Of a DNA stretch of 64,000 bases, positions 25,643-38,955 are shown piece by piece (position 1 is the stretch's first letter; each line of letters begins with the position of its first letter). Source of the stretch: Moniliella sp. 'wahieum' (Eukaryota); contig RSEE01000115.1 of assembly GCA_003971905.1 (NCBI GenBank), forward strand, positions 124,001-188,000, given 5' to 3'. The notes beneath the pieces are model-generated. The model made no database searches and had not been told where the DNA came from. It worked only from the letters and a program-made list of their open reading frames with translations. The translations under genes and the position numbers were made by a program.

Positions 25643-27561
25643 GCGTGGGCGACGTGCTGTGGTATGGTACGCTTCATGAAGCTGCCGAACTTTCGACTAA
25701 ATCATGGAACCAAACCATGTATTCCATTTCGCGACTCTTTTCACAAAAAAGGCACCGCCTCAATGAGTTCTTAGCGCGTATAGGTCTTGATGAGAGTGTT
25801 TGGGTTCTGACAGTCATCCCAATATTGCATCAGGACGCAGTGGACCACCTACTTTGGGAGGTGCAATGGGGGTCTGTATCCGCACGGCCTGATCTCCTTT
25901 TCGCCACCGTCTTCCATCTTCGCTTCTGTCTTCGCTTCGCCGTTGCTGTTTTCCCTTGTGTGGCGTCCATATTGCTTGGCCGCTGTACAACAGATTGTAG
26001 GGAGCGCACGCAATCCTAACCTCTACGCCGACGCGATGAGGTCAGCTGAAATGTTCAGTGCATCCATGTTCACATCTGCCCTGTCGTCCTGCCGACCCAA
26101 AGTGCACTCCTCCCTCCAACTCCTCCTGGCTGCATCATGGTACGCTACCCCCCCGCCCCCGGCTCCTCGCAAAACTGACATCCACTGCCCCGCAATCTAA
26201 GGGAAACGATGGCGGATCGATTGCGCGGCGAGACGACCTGGTCAAACTGCGTTCCTCGGCGCCCGACGGGGCGGCGGACAAGCACGCGTCGTTGGCGCGG
26301 CAACGCTGGGCCGTCTGGGGCTGAGCAAGGAGCCGCTGCACCCCCCTGTGGTTGCTGACGAGCTGGGGGAATGGTTCAATCTGGATGCGCTGCTTGCCCA
26401 TCTACTCGCCCGAAAGTCGGCCGTACCCGCCCAGGACCACCAACCGGACCCGATCCCGTATGTACGCAGTCGAAAGACGTGACCCAACTCGCGCTCCGGC
26501 GTAACCCAGCCGCCGAGGAGAAGCTTCCTTCGGATCTAGCAGAGGAAGACATTCCTCTCCGTTTGTCTGCCCACTCAGTGGCAAGACTCTCTCAGGGGCA
26601 CAGCGGGTGTATTCTTGGCCTCGTGTGGGTGCTCGTTTGCCGAATCGGCCTTGCGTACCGTCGTGGCCCCGCCCAACAGCCCTTTTCCCACCACAGGGAA
26701 GGTGCCTTGCCCAGATGTTCAAACCCTTCTCCCCGCCACCATCCTGGTTCCGCACCGCCCCCACCGCTCCCCCAACGATTCCATGCCCACTTCTGACGTA
26801 GTCCTCTTCACCTCCCGAGGCAGAGCGGGCAGAGCGGATGGAAGCAATGTACGCGCGTCGAAAGGCAGAGAAAAAGTCCAAACGCAAGCATCGCTCCGAC
26901 GAGGAAGGAGAGACGAAACGTTCAAAGCGAAATCGGTGATCCATGCTCCCCATAATATAAACGACCACGCAATATCCCTCCTTTTCGAGCGCAGCCTTCC
27001 GGCAATTGCGAGCCCACATGGCCTGTCGTTCGCGGTACATACATATGACGTCTGCTTGCTTCTTGTGCATCTCTCCCAGGCCTTTTTCTGCAAGGGACGG
27101 TGGCAGGGGCCAGATCGGTGATAGCGAAGGTTAAAGTTGTGGGCTGAGGAAGCCCGGCGCAGCCGTGGTAACAGAAGACCTGCGCCCATACGCAGCCCTG
27201 TAATAACTACTGGCTGCCAGGAGAGAAAGAAGGGGCGGGAATTGGGCGCGGCAACAGAGATAACTGGGATGGCGGTGAGACAACGAACACCCTAGAATCC
27301 GTATTGTGTTAAGAGTTGGTGTCTCCCCCTGTGCTCTGACGCTCCACTCGATCATGCAGTACCCGTATCCTCAATCGCACAAGCGAGATGAAAGGTGTAT
27401 GTAGGATCTGTTTCGGTGGGTTAACTACCAGTCGGATGGGAATGTCGACTGCGGGATGTGTGGCTCGGATTGGACCAAGGCACGAACAAGGGGCATTTCT
27501 TTGCTCTCAATACCCTAGCCCCAATCCTGTCCTCTCTGCCTCCATCTCACCTCATCGCCAC

Positions 27562-28370
27562 CATGCCCACCACCCGTTCTGCTTTGGTCGAAGCAGTGGA
27601 GACGGACGATCGTCGTTCATGGGTTGGCATCACGGGAACCGCGACCGTGTCTGACCTGGAATGGAGCGGCAAGACGCACTGCTCAACGTATGCCAGCTGC
27701 AAGCACGGATCTACCATTTTTTGCATTGGTTTCAGAAGGGGCTGTGCGGCGGCTGACTGCACAAATGCAAACACACTGGACTTCGTCTGTGCCCAAGGCA
27801 GTGTGGGAGGAGACGATTGGGAGCGTGCTACCTGGCAATCGCCGGGTGGAGCTGGATTGGGCCGTATTGTTGGCTGATGTGGAGAAAAACGAACGAGAGC
27901 TGAAAGCGGCACTGGCACAACGACTGGAAGCAGCTGGCCCCAATGGCGTAGTCACGGGTATCGGCGACATCCTTGCTCATTATTGGGACGTGGAGGAGGT
28001 CCACACACTTGCTCAATTGGCTGTTGCAGTCAATTTGACGCAAATGCGCATGGAGCTTGAACGAAAGACCAACCCGGAGCTGGCGCTGTTGTTGGACCAA
28101 ACCGCGGGAGAGGTGCTCAAGGACGAACACGCTGCGCTTTGGACGAACTTGACGGTAACGGAGATCATTGCGAGCATGAGCATGGGGGATCATCTCAATG
28201 TTCAAAGCTCCCTGGATGCTCTTTATGCGGAGACGGATCTGTTAGCGGCGCAAGAGAGCAACAAGTCCCTTTGAAACCGAAAAAGACCAATTGCGAAAGG
28301 TGATCGATCTACGAGGCGTGGCCCAGCAGTGGCAGAACCAGTTCCTGGAAGCCATTCTGCCTTTGTCATA
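27562..28370 (+). CDS. Hypothetical helical protein (frameshifted; possibly a pseudogene)
   Basis: About 216-aa protein-like open frame (LDWAVLLADVEKNERELKAALAQRL...), with frameshifts at both ends. No family recognised. Confidence 0.4.
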
Positions 28371-28764
28371 AACCGTTAGGGCCCCCTTTTCGACCGCCCC
28401 CGCCACCAACGGCCTCTCAACCATTACTTTAAGAGAATACTCCCCTCCCGCCTCTCCCTGCTGCTCCCCATTTTCATCATACTCTTCCCCCCATACAAGC
28501 ATCATTTATATCAACAGCCCTGTAGAGAGAAGGACGACTATAGTGAGCGACAACAGTTGGAAGAGCCACAGGGGGCAACAACACTATTTCTACAAGCAAT
28601 CTGTATATGGGCAATGAAAGGACAAGGAAGTACTAAGTCGGACTTTAGGGGTAAACGGGGGCTGGGCGAGCCAGCGGACTCACGTAGTAATGTGGGCGAA
28701 CATTGTTGGCCAACAGGCCAGGAGAGGTTGTACTCCCTTCCCACAGTCCCAGGAGAAGTGGTGG

Positions 28765-29195
28765 TGTCACGGGCGGGCGCCCCAAAAAAGCCAGCCCGTG
28801 GGGGTTTATATGATACCTATCACGGTAGTTAGCGTTTGGGCTGATTGGTGGGTCCGAGCGGGGCGAGGGACAAGAAGGGGCCTCTCGGCCTATAGCAGAG
28901 GCGGTTGCCAGTGTGGCAAGGCTCGTTAGCACCAGCTTGGGCAGCAGAGTAGCGTGTCTGAAGCCTTCGGTCGGGCTCAGAGATGGTGAGTGGGCAGCGG
29001 AGGACCCACACTGCGGGACAGGAGCTGGACTAAGACCGGGCGCCGCGTAGTTGGACACGGGATCACACTGCGGTTGGAACTGAAGATGAGCTAGACTTCG
29101 CTTGCGAACTGGGTGGTCTAAGGGGCGGAGAGCTGAAGGAGGAAGCTGGAGGAGCAAGTAAGAGGAGGTCGGAGTGGCCTGTACTGGATTGATTA
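28765..29195. mobile_element. Decayed partial copy of the LTR at 61223-62089
   Basis: Starts with the identical TGTCACGGGCGGGCGCC and shares colinear blocks (TCACGGTAGTT, GTGTGGCAAGGCT, GTCTGAAGCC, GCTGGAGGAG, CCTGTACTG); the other end was not found. Confidence 0.8.
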
Positions 29196-29759
29196 ATGGG
29201 CGTGGAGGTTAGGGGGCATCACCAATGAGCCGTGGGGGGAACCACGATAACTCAGATAATGACTAAAAGGGAAACAACGCTGCGGGGCGATGGGGGAGCA
29301 GAGTCGACAAGACCTACTCCAGAAGCTGGACGCTGCCGATGGTCGCCATGTGGTTGAGCACAGCAACCCCCTGAGCCACAATAGGATCTCCGCCATTCCA
29401 TCCACCCCGTGCCTCCGGCTCTCTCACAAACAGTTTCAGGTTAGTCTCCAGCTCCGCACGCTGTGCCCCGCTCCACCCGCAGCATGTGCAAGTGTAGCGT
29501 CATGTCTGGAGCACATCATGGCTTGTACTCGCACCCAGGCCAGGTTTGGAGCGTTGCATCAGAGGTAATGTGACAGCCCATTCACCCGCTCGTGCCATCC
29601 ATCCCCGACACCCACGTCCACAACGAACCTACTGTGGAGGAAGAGGGGATGAGACGAGGCGTGGAAGGAGGGCAGAGCGCACCGATTACCACGTGATGGG
29701 GTCTGGAGCAATCGAAGGATCTGAAATGGAGATGGACCCCATGCTGCACGACACGGGAA

Positions 29760-30225
29760 CGCAGGAGGCGCAGAGCACGTATCGGATGGTGGTGCATGAG
29801 AGCACCGCGAGGCCCTTAGAACGCCGAGAAAGAGCTGCTTCGGCTGCTGGAACAAGCAGAATGCGACAAGAATGCCAAGTACTGGCAGGGACGCACTCAA
29901 GAGGTATTTCCCCCCCTTGGTTTGACGACGCGAGGGTACACGTCACCAAGACAGCGAGCAAGATTTACACTTTGGAAGGATTCGAGTGCTAAATTTCAAT
30001 GGAAATGGATCCTCGCTCGATGACTACCACCCTCATCCGTCTCCACACGCTCTACCTCGGGTACGGGACCGGATGGCGAGCACCAGGGGGTTCTGATATT
30101 CTGGCGAACCCCCTGATTCCATAACAGTGAAGATGGCGTTACCAAGTAACTCACGCCAAGATGAACGGGTCGGTTTAGGTGTAGCGTATGATCCCTGTCC
30201 CAGCCTTGAATTCTGTCAACGATAT
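29760..30225 (+). repeat. Decayed dispersed repeat family, copy A
   Basis: Colinear similarity to 45740-46145 (direct) and to 38730-38955 and 62545-62632 (inverted). Confidence 0.8.
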
Positions 30226-32559
30226 GAATGCGGTAAGAGTGTAGATATGGCAACACCCAAAATCATCTTGTGTGATTTGAGGTATGATCCTGATCTGTCG
30301 CACATTACTATATTGGTACAGTCAATTGCCAAAGGCCATGCCGCCACTCTTTAGACGAATTGGTTCGGCAGTTGGCCTGACCCAAATGTCAAGTAGGATT
30401 CACAATTAGGGTGTATGTTTTGAAAGAACCGACAGGCTACATGAAAGGAACAGTAGAAACTTAAGGTGGTAGTGCGCAGTCATCTGCTGCTGGGATGCAA
30501 TCCCACCAAATGAAACCCAGGAATATGTCGCGGGAACCGGGGCTGTGCGCGCCATTGAATCATAGCCCGGTTAAGGACAACCAGACAACGACCTCACGTT
30601 TAATATGATTGGAATAAGGATGGAATGCAGCAGTCGTTGATATGAACAGCAATTAATCTGCATGATAATTACACTACCACAAACCCCTGAGATCGGGTAA
30701 CATGGAACTTATACAATCGAGCTCAGCGATGCATGATTGCGAGAGCAAGCTGGAAGGAATGGATGTATTGATCTACAGAACTTCCTTCTGCCTTCCTCGG
30801 AATGATCATTTGCCAGCGTGTGTACCAACTTCGATGGTGCACTACAAGGGAATACAGAGAAACTCAAACATTGTTGAACGATTTGCAAATGCGTCGGTTG
30901 CGTCATGAAAGGGCGCCAGTGGGAGGCGCAGCAAATAACTGAAAGTAGAACTGGCACTGCCGTGAAAGTTAAAATTATTTCTAGTAGTGATAAATGCACG
31001 TATATACAACGAGCACATGAACTCCGCTATTCCAAGGAAAAGAAAAGGCTAGATCCGCCACAAGATACCGAAGGAGAACCATTTTTTAGTAACGTTGTAT
31101 GTGACCGCCGGTCAATGTTCTCAACCCCATGGTATTATGTGCTGATAATGTCACAACGCAAGCGGGATCGCAGGGCAAGCGCCAGAGGTTTGATTGAACG
31201 ACGCCCTTTAAGCGAGAGATAGGTAAACAGGTTCGCTAGGCGAGCCAGCAGGGTCATGATTAATGCACATGGTTTTTGGTCCCAGCGGTGCATCAGGTTG
31301 AATTACCCTATCCCTGGCCTATGGACAGTCCTGCCCTTTCCTTATCCGGTGCATCTTTCCCTGTCGCTTCTTTCTTTGCTCTACTGAATTCGCACCTGAT
31401 CTCTTGCCTCTTCTTATATGGGGGGGATACCGTTCATTCCTTGTCCCATTACAGTTTCAGGTCCACAACTGTAGCCATCGTTCCTCGTCCATCACTTTTC
31501 CTTCCGCCTCCTCCATGTTGGGGCTGGGTGTGAATATAGCCCATGGACCATCCTGCAGCACGGGCGGAGCTGCACATGCTATTAGCTCTGAATTGCAAAT
31601 GACCTTTCTGGTATATATATTGTGGGATGCCTCAATCAGTTTTCGGCCCAATTGCCTGCGTTTAAGATACTATTGACATGATCGCTTGTTCCACTCTTTC
31701 ATCTGCCTACTTGAGTGCTGATGCCACCACACTCCTCGCCTGCACCCGTCTTTTGCCTATCTCTGTACTAGCCTCAAGATTCTTCAATGCCGTGCCCGAC
31801 CGCTCTTTTTCTCATCCACTGGAGCTTGGGCTACGCTCGACGTGTTGTCGCTTTCATGTTATAGCTTCACGGGTACTTGCTTCTCATCCGCATTTACACC
31901 CCATCCCTCGTTGACAAGCCGTGATTTGATTTTCCGAGGATAGTGACACCCTGTTGGTGTATATCCTGCAGTCCGTGAATACTCGATTCTATTTGTGACT
32001 GTGTGGTATGAGCCAACGCAAATTCACTCCAATTTAGGCCCCTGACGTCGAGTCATAAGATACACATGCTTCCCGTACTCCCAGAGGCAACAGGAGAGGC
32101 GGAGCCGTGTGTGTATGGGCAAAAACATATCATGCCTACTATCATGACATTGTATCGGTGCGGTCGTTGTCATGGTATACGCCAGCTCCAGGAGATGTCT
32201 ATGTGGAATGTCTGCCACGCTTCAGGTCACACTGGTACCAAGCAATTTTGCACTCGTTCCAGGACCCTGGGGACCTGTCATTGCCTCGGACAGTTTTCCC
32301 TTCCTCGTGAGGTCGCATCAGTTTTCTGGATGATGCAGTCTTAGAGCCCTTTCGCAAGAGGGCTCTGGTAATTTAGAATCTAGTTGCCTTGATAACAATA
32401 AGGCGGTGCCGTTAACCAAACCATTTGCAGGGCAGCTGTGGCGGATGAGCATGCACAGCGGATCACGAAAAGACATCATTTATGTTTATGATATAAAAAC
32501 CTTCAAAAATGTCAGAGGAGTAATTTGCCGCGGGTGAGGCAATTCTGTCAGCGCGCTGC

Positions 32560-32735
32560 AGGTCAGTGACGTCGTCGATGTCCCACCCTGAACGTCAGAT
32601 ATGTCCTCGATGTCATCCCCCTGCAGGTCAGTTATGTCGCCGACGTCACCCCCTTGAACGTCAAATATGTCGCCGACGTCACCCCCTTGAACGTCAGAAA
32701 CGTCATTGACGTGCCTATGGGCGACGTATCTGACG
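32560..32735 (-). repeat. 33-bp minisatellite; reads as acidic (DVQGGDVGDIx)n on the minus strand
   Basis: About 4-5 imperfect units, e.g. ATGTCGCCGACGTCACCCCCTTGAACGTCA twice in succession. Confidence 0.85.
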
Positions 32736-35700
32736 AATCTGATCCTCCTATGCATTTTATACTACTACTCATTCTAGCATCATCGAATGCAGTGCAATCG
32801 TCTTCGAGGGTACTTTTTTGCATTGCGATGGGTCAATATGGAGTTGGGGGCTTGCCATTGAGAGGTCTTTGGAATGTATAGCCGCCAAATCACTCTTCAG
32901 TCTCAGAGTCGTCTGTGTGGTCGTCGTCTTCGCCCTCTGTGCCCTCTGTGCGCCAAAGTGACTGCAGTGCCTTCGTTGTCCCGTGCATCCTCCTCGTCTG
33001 TTATTTATGCCCGGGTTACTGCGATGTGACGGTGGTGGGTGAGTTGTGCACGAGTCGCACGCCAGGCGGTACAAATTTCAGGGTTACCTTGCGGAGAAGA
33101 TGCGTGTCCGCCATGCCCTCGAAATTCTCCCATGCACTCGTCCAGCCCAGTAGATAGTTTGCGGGGCGAGATGAGCGAAAAAGTCAGATGACCGTCTGCT
33201 GGACGACAACGGGGTGGCGACGTACTTATGATCGGACAAAGAGACAGTGAAGATGGCACTGAAAATGTCATTACAGCGCTTGCTGCTGTTCAAGCGCTTT
33301 TGATGAGAACGGGTTATTGTGGCCATATTGCGAGGAGAGCAACGCGGGAAAAGGCGGGGCCAATACGTACCAGGATTCGGATGCGCTCCTTGGCGACAGT
33401 GAACTCTTGGTGAGAGAGGATGCGACAGTAGACTTGAAACTTATGACGCACGAAATCAGCCTGAAAGGCTGCAATTGTGCGCCTTCCGTAGCCTTGATCG
33501 ATACGGTGCATGCTCTCTGGCAACTGGACGCTGTGTTATTTTTAGTAGATGGTTTAGGGGTTTGGGTTACGCACCTCATTCAAATAGCTTTTGCTGAGCG
33601 TTATACCAGCCTCTGGATCGTTTAGCCTGCGCAGATGTGATGCAGGCTCTCCGGGATCTGAACGATGTTTTATTTGTTAGTAGATATGGTTTAGCGGTTT
33701 GGCTCAACGCACCTCATCATTCAAATAGCTTGTGCTGAGCGTTGCCCGCCTCTGGATGATGTTGGCTATGGCCCTCTTGAAGGTGGATCTAGTGGGGGTG
33801 GCGCCGAGAGTGGTAGGATCTCAGCGACTAGCATACCTATCTTGAGACGAAGCTTATGAGGAGGGGAAACCAGCTGTGGGCATGGGTTTGTGCAGTCTCG
33901 ATGGGGGGATTCTGGATGGAAGACACAACTTTGTCCGGCTCGTCAGTAGAGAGCATCTCGTGGGCCTCGTCTGGGAACTAGAGGTCCGTAGCCGAGTCGT
34001 TGATGCAGGTTTCGACGTTAAGCGTCGTGGCGATACCATCCCAGACTTTCTGAATGAGGACGGGTTGCGACTAACCCCCCCTGTTCCACGGCCCCATTTG
34101 CTCCATCTCTCCTCCTTGTTCCATCCATCCCCCTTGCTTCCCTTCTCCCCTTCCCTTACTCCACCTCTTCCTACTAACCCCCCGCCGCTGCCTTTTGCAC
34201 CATCGCTCCCTTTTGCGCCACCGTCCCCATTGGCACCACCGCACCTCTTCGAGCCAATAGTGAAAGCCCTTGACGACGGCAGACAAAGCGCATACATCCA
34301 CGCTGACACTACCGTTTGCTGTGGCAGGGGGTGGTCGCACCGGCAGGATCCAGTTGATCTGCCTTGAACATTGGCCAACATGCCACGCTGTGATGGCAGC
34401 CCTTTGTTTGGCAACCCGGACGCTGTGCGCATCCTTTGTCTTAGAGATACGCAATAGACACGCAAGTTGTCCACAGCAACGCTGGAAAGGGTAGCTTGAA
34501 CTTGCCTTGGAGATGGAGGCATTGTCACAGAAGATACTGGAGCCACCAAGCAGCAGAGCCCCGTCCGATCTGAAAAAGAAGCGTGTTGTGTAGTCAAAAG
34601 GCTTGGGAGGGATAGTAAGAGACTGGGAGAAAAGGGGGCTTTGTCAGTGACAGGAGCGTTGCAGGAGCAAAACACATACGCCTGAGCTCGCCTGTAGGGG
34701 ATTTGCTACCAGTGGTAGTAGGCATTGAGCGCGAGTGTAACCGTCAGAGTGGCAATGGTCACTCCCCCCGTGACGACGGGGGGGTGCTTTGGCATGGTGG
34801 TGTAGGCGACCAAGAAACATGGACGCGTCGAAGCGGCATTGTCATATCCCCCGATATGGAGCTGACTTCGTAAGCCGTTGCACATGCAGAAGCGAGAACA
34901 GTATAGAATTGAACGATATAGGGTTCCCATGAAAAGTTGGGGTCGTGCAACATGGTAGTAGAGACAGTGCATATAGAAAATCCCATTTGACGTGTCGCAG
35001 CGCGTATTCATGCCTTGGACGGAGCAGTACGTCATACCCTTTTGACAACCCGGATCTTTGTATTTCAGTATAGGATAACGATGATGTCGGTGAGGCTTCA
35101 CTTCAACATTGAATGGATAGTACATTTGAGAGATGATTGATACTCGATACTCGATGTGTTTCGACGATATGTGACTGTGATAGAGAGTACTGAAGCTATA
35201 GGGCTATTACTACTAGCCACGCGCCTCGCAACGCGCACTCTCAGCTCCTCATCTCTCTCTTACATGCCCCCCCCACTACTCAAAACACCGTCTCCTCCCT
35301 TTCCAGTCTACGTTCCCCAGAGACTAGAGGTCTCTCTGATCTCAGATCTCAACACTTTTCTTGGCAGTGTATATGCGTCATGCCAAGATGCTCGAAGCTG
35401 AAGAAAGCTCTCATCAGAAACGATTATAAGTAGGGTTGCACTCTCTCTTCTGTGGGGGCTATATTAAAATCTGGCGAATTCCTCCAAAGAAGTGTTCTGC
35501 GATCAAACGTTGTGGGCAAAAATGGAGCATGGGGCTAGCGCCCGAAGTCGTGCCAAGGGTTTTGGGTCAAAATCTGACCCAAAGCCCTCTTAGGCCTTAG
35601 ATCGTCGGCTGAGCGCTGACAGCTGACAGTTCTTGCGTTCATATGTGGTGCGAGTGTCGATAATGTTTTGCCTTCGATAATGTTTTGGCCACTTGTCAAA

Positions 35701-35781
35701 TATATAGGCTGGCTTGTTTTGGAGCTTTCTCATCTGTGTACATCATCTCAGTATATGTCGGTGTCGAGGTATCGAGGCCGG

Positions 35782-35820
35782 CAGGCATCACAGGCATCAC
35801 AGGCATCACAGGCATCACAG
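35782..35820. repeat. (CAGGCATCA)x4 minisatellite
   Basis: Seen directly. Confidence 0.9.
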
Positions 35821-38729
35821 CGCCTCAGCGCGCTCAGCCTGAGCGGCTCAGCACGCTCCAGATCAGCCTGAGCGCCCGGTCTGAGCGCCTGAGTACTCTT
35901 GTCACATGTCACCCCCACCCCAGGCCTCAGGCTGAGGCCCCAGCAGGGCGGGAGTACTCAGGACTCAGTACACTCTCGCAAAAGCGCGTAAGCAGCATTC
36001 ACTTGATTGATGATTGATGATTCACAATCGTCTTTTGGTATCACTGCATCACACCGATACCACGCCGACCTGCTTGGCGCCAACCCAAATTGTTTCCTCT
36101 CGTCATATTATGGCGCAGTGCATATGAACCAACACATAAACGAACCCACAGTCCGATTGCGGGCACTTCTCTGCCTAGATAACTGTGAGTATTGATAGTG
36201 ATAATGAGCTGAGAGAGCGTGCAATGCTTGGCTTGGCACTGTCCAGGGAACGATACCCTGCCTCTGGCAACCCGCATCAAGCCTATGCATGATGATCGTC
36301 GAAATGGCCAATGATTAATGATTAACGAACCGCAATACTGTCGTCATATAACATGAAACCCTGTGTCTCCTTTTCGATCGCGTCTCGGATGAGATCTGAG
36401 ATCTGAGAGGCCGAAGGTCCAAACGCCGAGAATGTGACGTTTGATCGAAGCAATGTGCGACTCCTGGGTAGTGAGGCTTCGGAGGACCTCAGTCGTGGCG
36501 CTTGTTCTAGAAGAGAGAGTTGCTGCTAGAACTGGCCCCACATTATACCACCAAACCTCTACGACAATATTGCTTGTTGGCTGTCTCGGCATTGAAAACA
36601 GAGCGCCACACACTTCCACATTGCAAGTTGTTCACTCCACCTTCTCTCTCATCCTATTGCCACTTGCTCTCTCCATTCTTGAGAGAGCCTAACAGTTTAG
36701 GAACAACGACTTTCGGCTTTTCTCCAACTCGCATTCGACGTTTCCGAAAGACGAAGACGTTGAAGAGACTCTTTGGGACCGTGGTTTGTGACTTTTTGCC
36801 GTACACTGTCCCCTCTTTACTTTGCGGAACTCGAATATGCCCTTTTTGGATGGCAAAAAACTCGCTGTGTCAGGCCTGCATCAGTGGCCATCGAGCAACA
36901 AATGCGCCCATTCTGATCGCCAACTGTTCCAAATTCGCCCTCGAGGGAGGCCCTGTCGTGTCTGTCGCTTTGCCGTGAACGCGCCAAAATGAGGAGGAAG
37001 GCAAAGAAGGGGCGCCACGGGACGATGCACTGCCTTGACCTGCCGCCACCTCTTCATACAGTCCTTCCGTCTCTCGCCCGCCAGGAACGAAAACGCCGAG
37101 AGGCTGCTGCAGACGATCAAACAAGCAAGCTGGGACATCTACTTCCCTCATCGAGGCCGAAGCCTCCCTAGTGGAAGTTCGGCGGACGGGTTTATCCCCT
37201 ATCCCATTGGTACCCCGAACCTGGTTCGTCAGCCTACGCAAACACTCCAACCTTTACATTCGTCGCCACCCCCTTGATATCCCAAGAATTGTATGGTGTA
37301 CAGCCGCCTACACACGCAGAGGCTTCTTATTCCTCGCCCCACGAATCAAGTGCCCCGCCGCCTCCGTTTCTTCGCCTGAATGGTACCCGCCACCATCTGC
37401 ACACAGTGAGTGACTCGGCTTTAATGGCGTCGACCCTACCCGAAATGCAGCCTGTGGCTCCTCTGCCTAGTAGCACCAGCGCACTAGAGGCGGGGGTTGA
37501 TTATCACCGCACCTCCAACCTGGAGCTGAACGACATGCCTGAGTTACCGAAATATCGACCATTTACCGTCTCCACTTCTTCATATCACGACTGTACCACA
37601 TCTGCTTATTCGATCCACTCGCATCCCAACGTTTCTTCTCACCTTAGTTTTCGCATTCGAACCTCCCGCATTCAAGCCACGACTATCGCATCACGACCGG
37701 TGGGATGCCCACCGTCATATCTTTTCCAAGCTCCAAAACACCATCACAAATGACTTTCCAGCCACCCCCTGACGAACAGCTCCGGCATAACACAGAGCAG
37801 AATTTTCTCCCCGTCTCCGCGTTGGGTTGGCAAAGCCCTCAAAGGGATCCAATTCTGCAAAGGCCATGGCAACAGGAAGGGCTCCCCTCCTTCCTGACTT
37901 CCCCGAGACCGCCTGGCCTGCACCCATCATATACCGCCTCTTCCCTCTATCCTGGCAGTTGACCCTGTTGGGAGCACCTCTTCCTTCCCGCAGTCTCTCG
38001 CCCAGCCTGAGGTCCCAGAGGGAAGCCTCCCCATCGCCCGCGGACCACCTTCCTTCTCTTCATCTCTTTCACAGGCACAGCCGCAAAGGTCCAAAAAACG
38101 TTGAAGTATACTGTTGTGCTACCCCGCATCCTTTCAAAACTGCATCGATCGTCTTCCTCTTTTGCATCTTGACACTTCCAGAAGAGCCCATAGCCTTGAT
38201 TTGGAAGACCCCTCAGATGTGAATATCGTGTGATTGTATATATGGTGTATATGTTCCTGCATAGATCAGGGACTGGTCCATCCCTTCCTTGGTAGCATCG
38301 TTGCATTAGTGTACAAGTGTGTGGGGGACCCGCATCGTGGAGCGTACGGGTAGTAATCATCTTTTAATGAAATCCAACAGGCTTGACTAACAGTAGAACA
38401 GGTCACTTGAAAAGAAGATTCATCGGATGTTGAGTCGACTGAGAATGTGCAGGTGACTTATAAGTGGACCACATCAAGCTGAAAAATCAGAATGTGCTAC
38501 CACATACGACATGATCACAGGAGGCAAGTGTGCGCGGGGGGGGAGGGGGAGGGGCGTCAACACGATGTCGAGAATGCTAGAGGAATTGGGCCGTTGGCGA
38601 CGAAAACTCTTCTCTTTTCTATGGGACCGTGGGTATGAGCCACATATGATCACGGATGAGCTTCCAAATAATTGCCTTCGCTAGCTGCTGTCATCAACAG
38701 AGAACATTAATTATCTCTATTCTGGATCC

Positions 38730-38955
38730 ATATTGACAGAGCTTAAGGATGGGACAGAGAAACGCTACACCTAAACCGAACTATTCGTCTTGCGTGATGG
38801 GTTACTTGGTAGCGCCACCAAGGTTAAGGAACCAGGGGGATCGCCATGATATCAGGACCCTCAGGTGGTCGCCATCCGTTCCCGTATACCCTAGGTAGCG
38901 CGGTGGACACGGATGACCGTGGTAGACATCCGAGCGTGGAACCATTTCCATTGAG
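38730..38955 (-). repeat. Decayed dispersed repeat family, copy B (inverted)
   Basis: Reverse complement aligns by eye to 29996-30220. Confidence 0.8.

Noticed and set aside
32560..32735. CRISPR-like array
   Set aside because: Units are contiguous tandem repeats with no unique spacers; eukaryotic context; no cas genes.
36870..38220. Possible transcription-factor gene
   Set aside because: Fragmented Pro/Ser-rich frames with stops and no recognisable domain; cannot be supported without a search.
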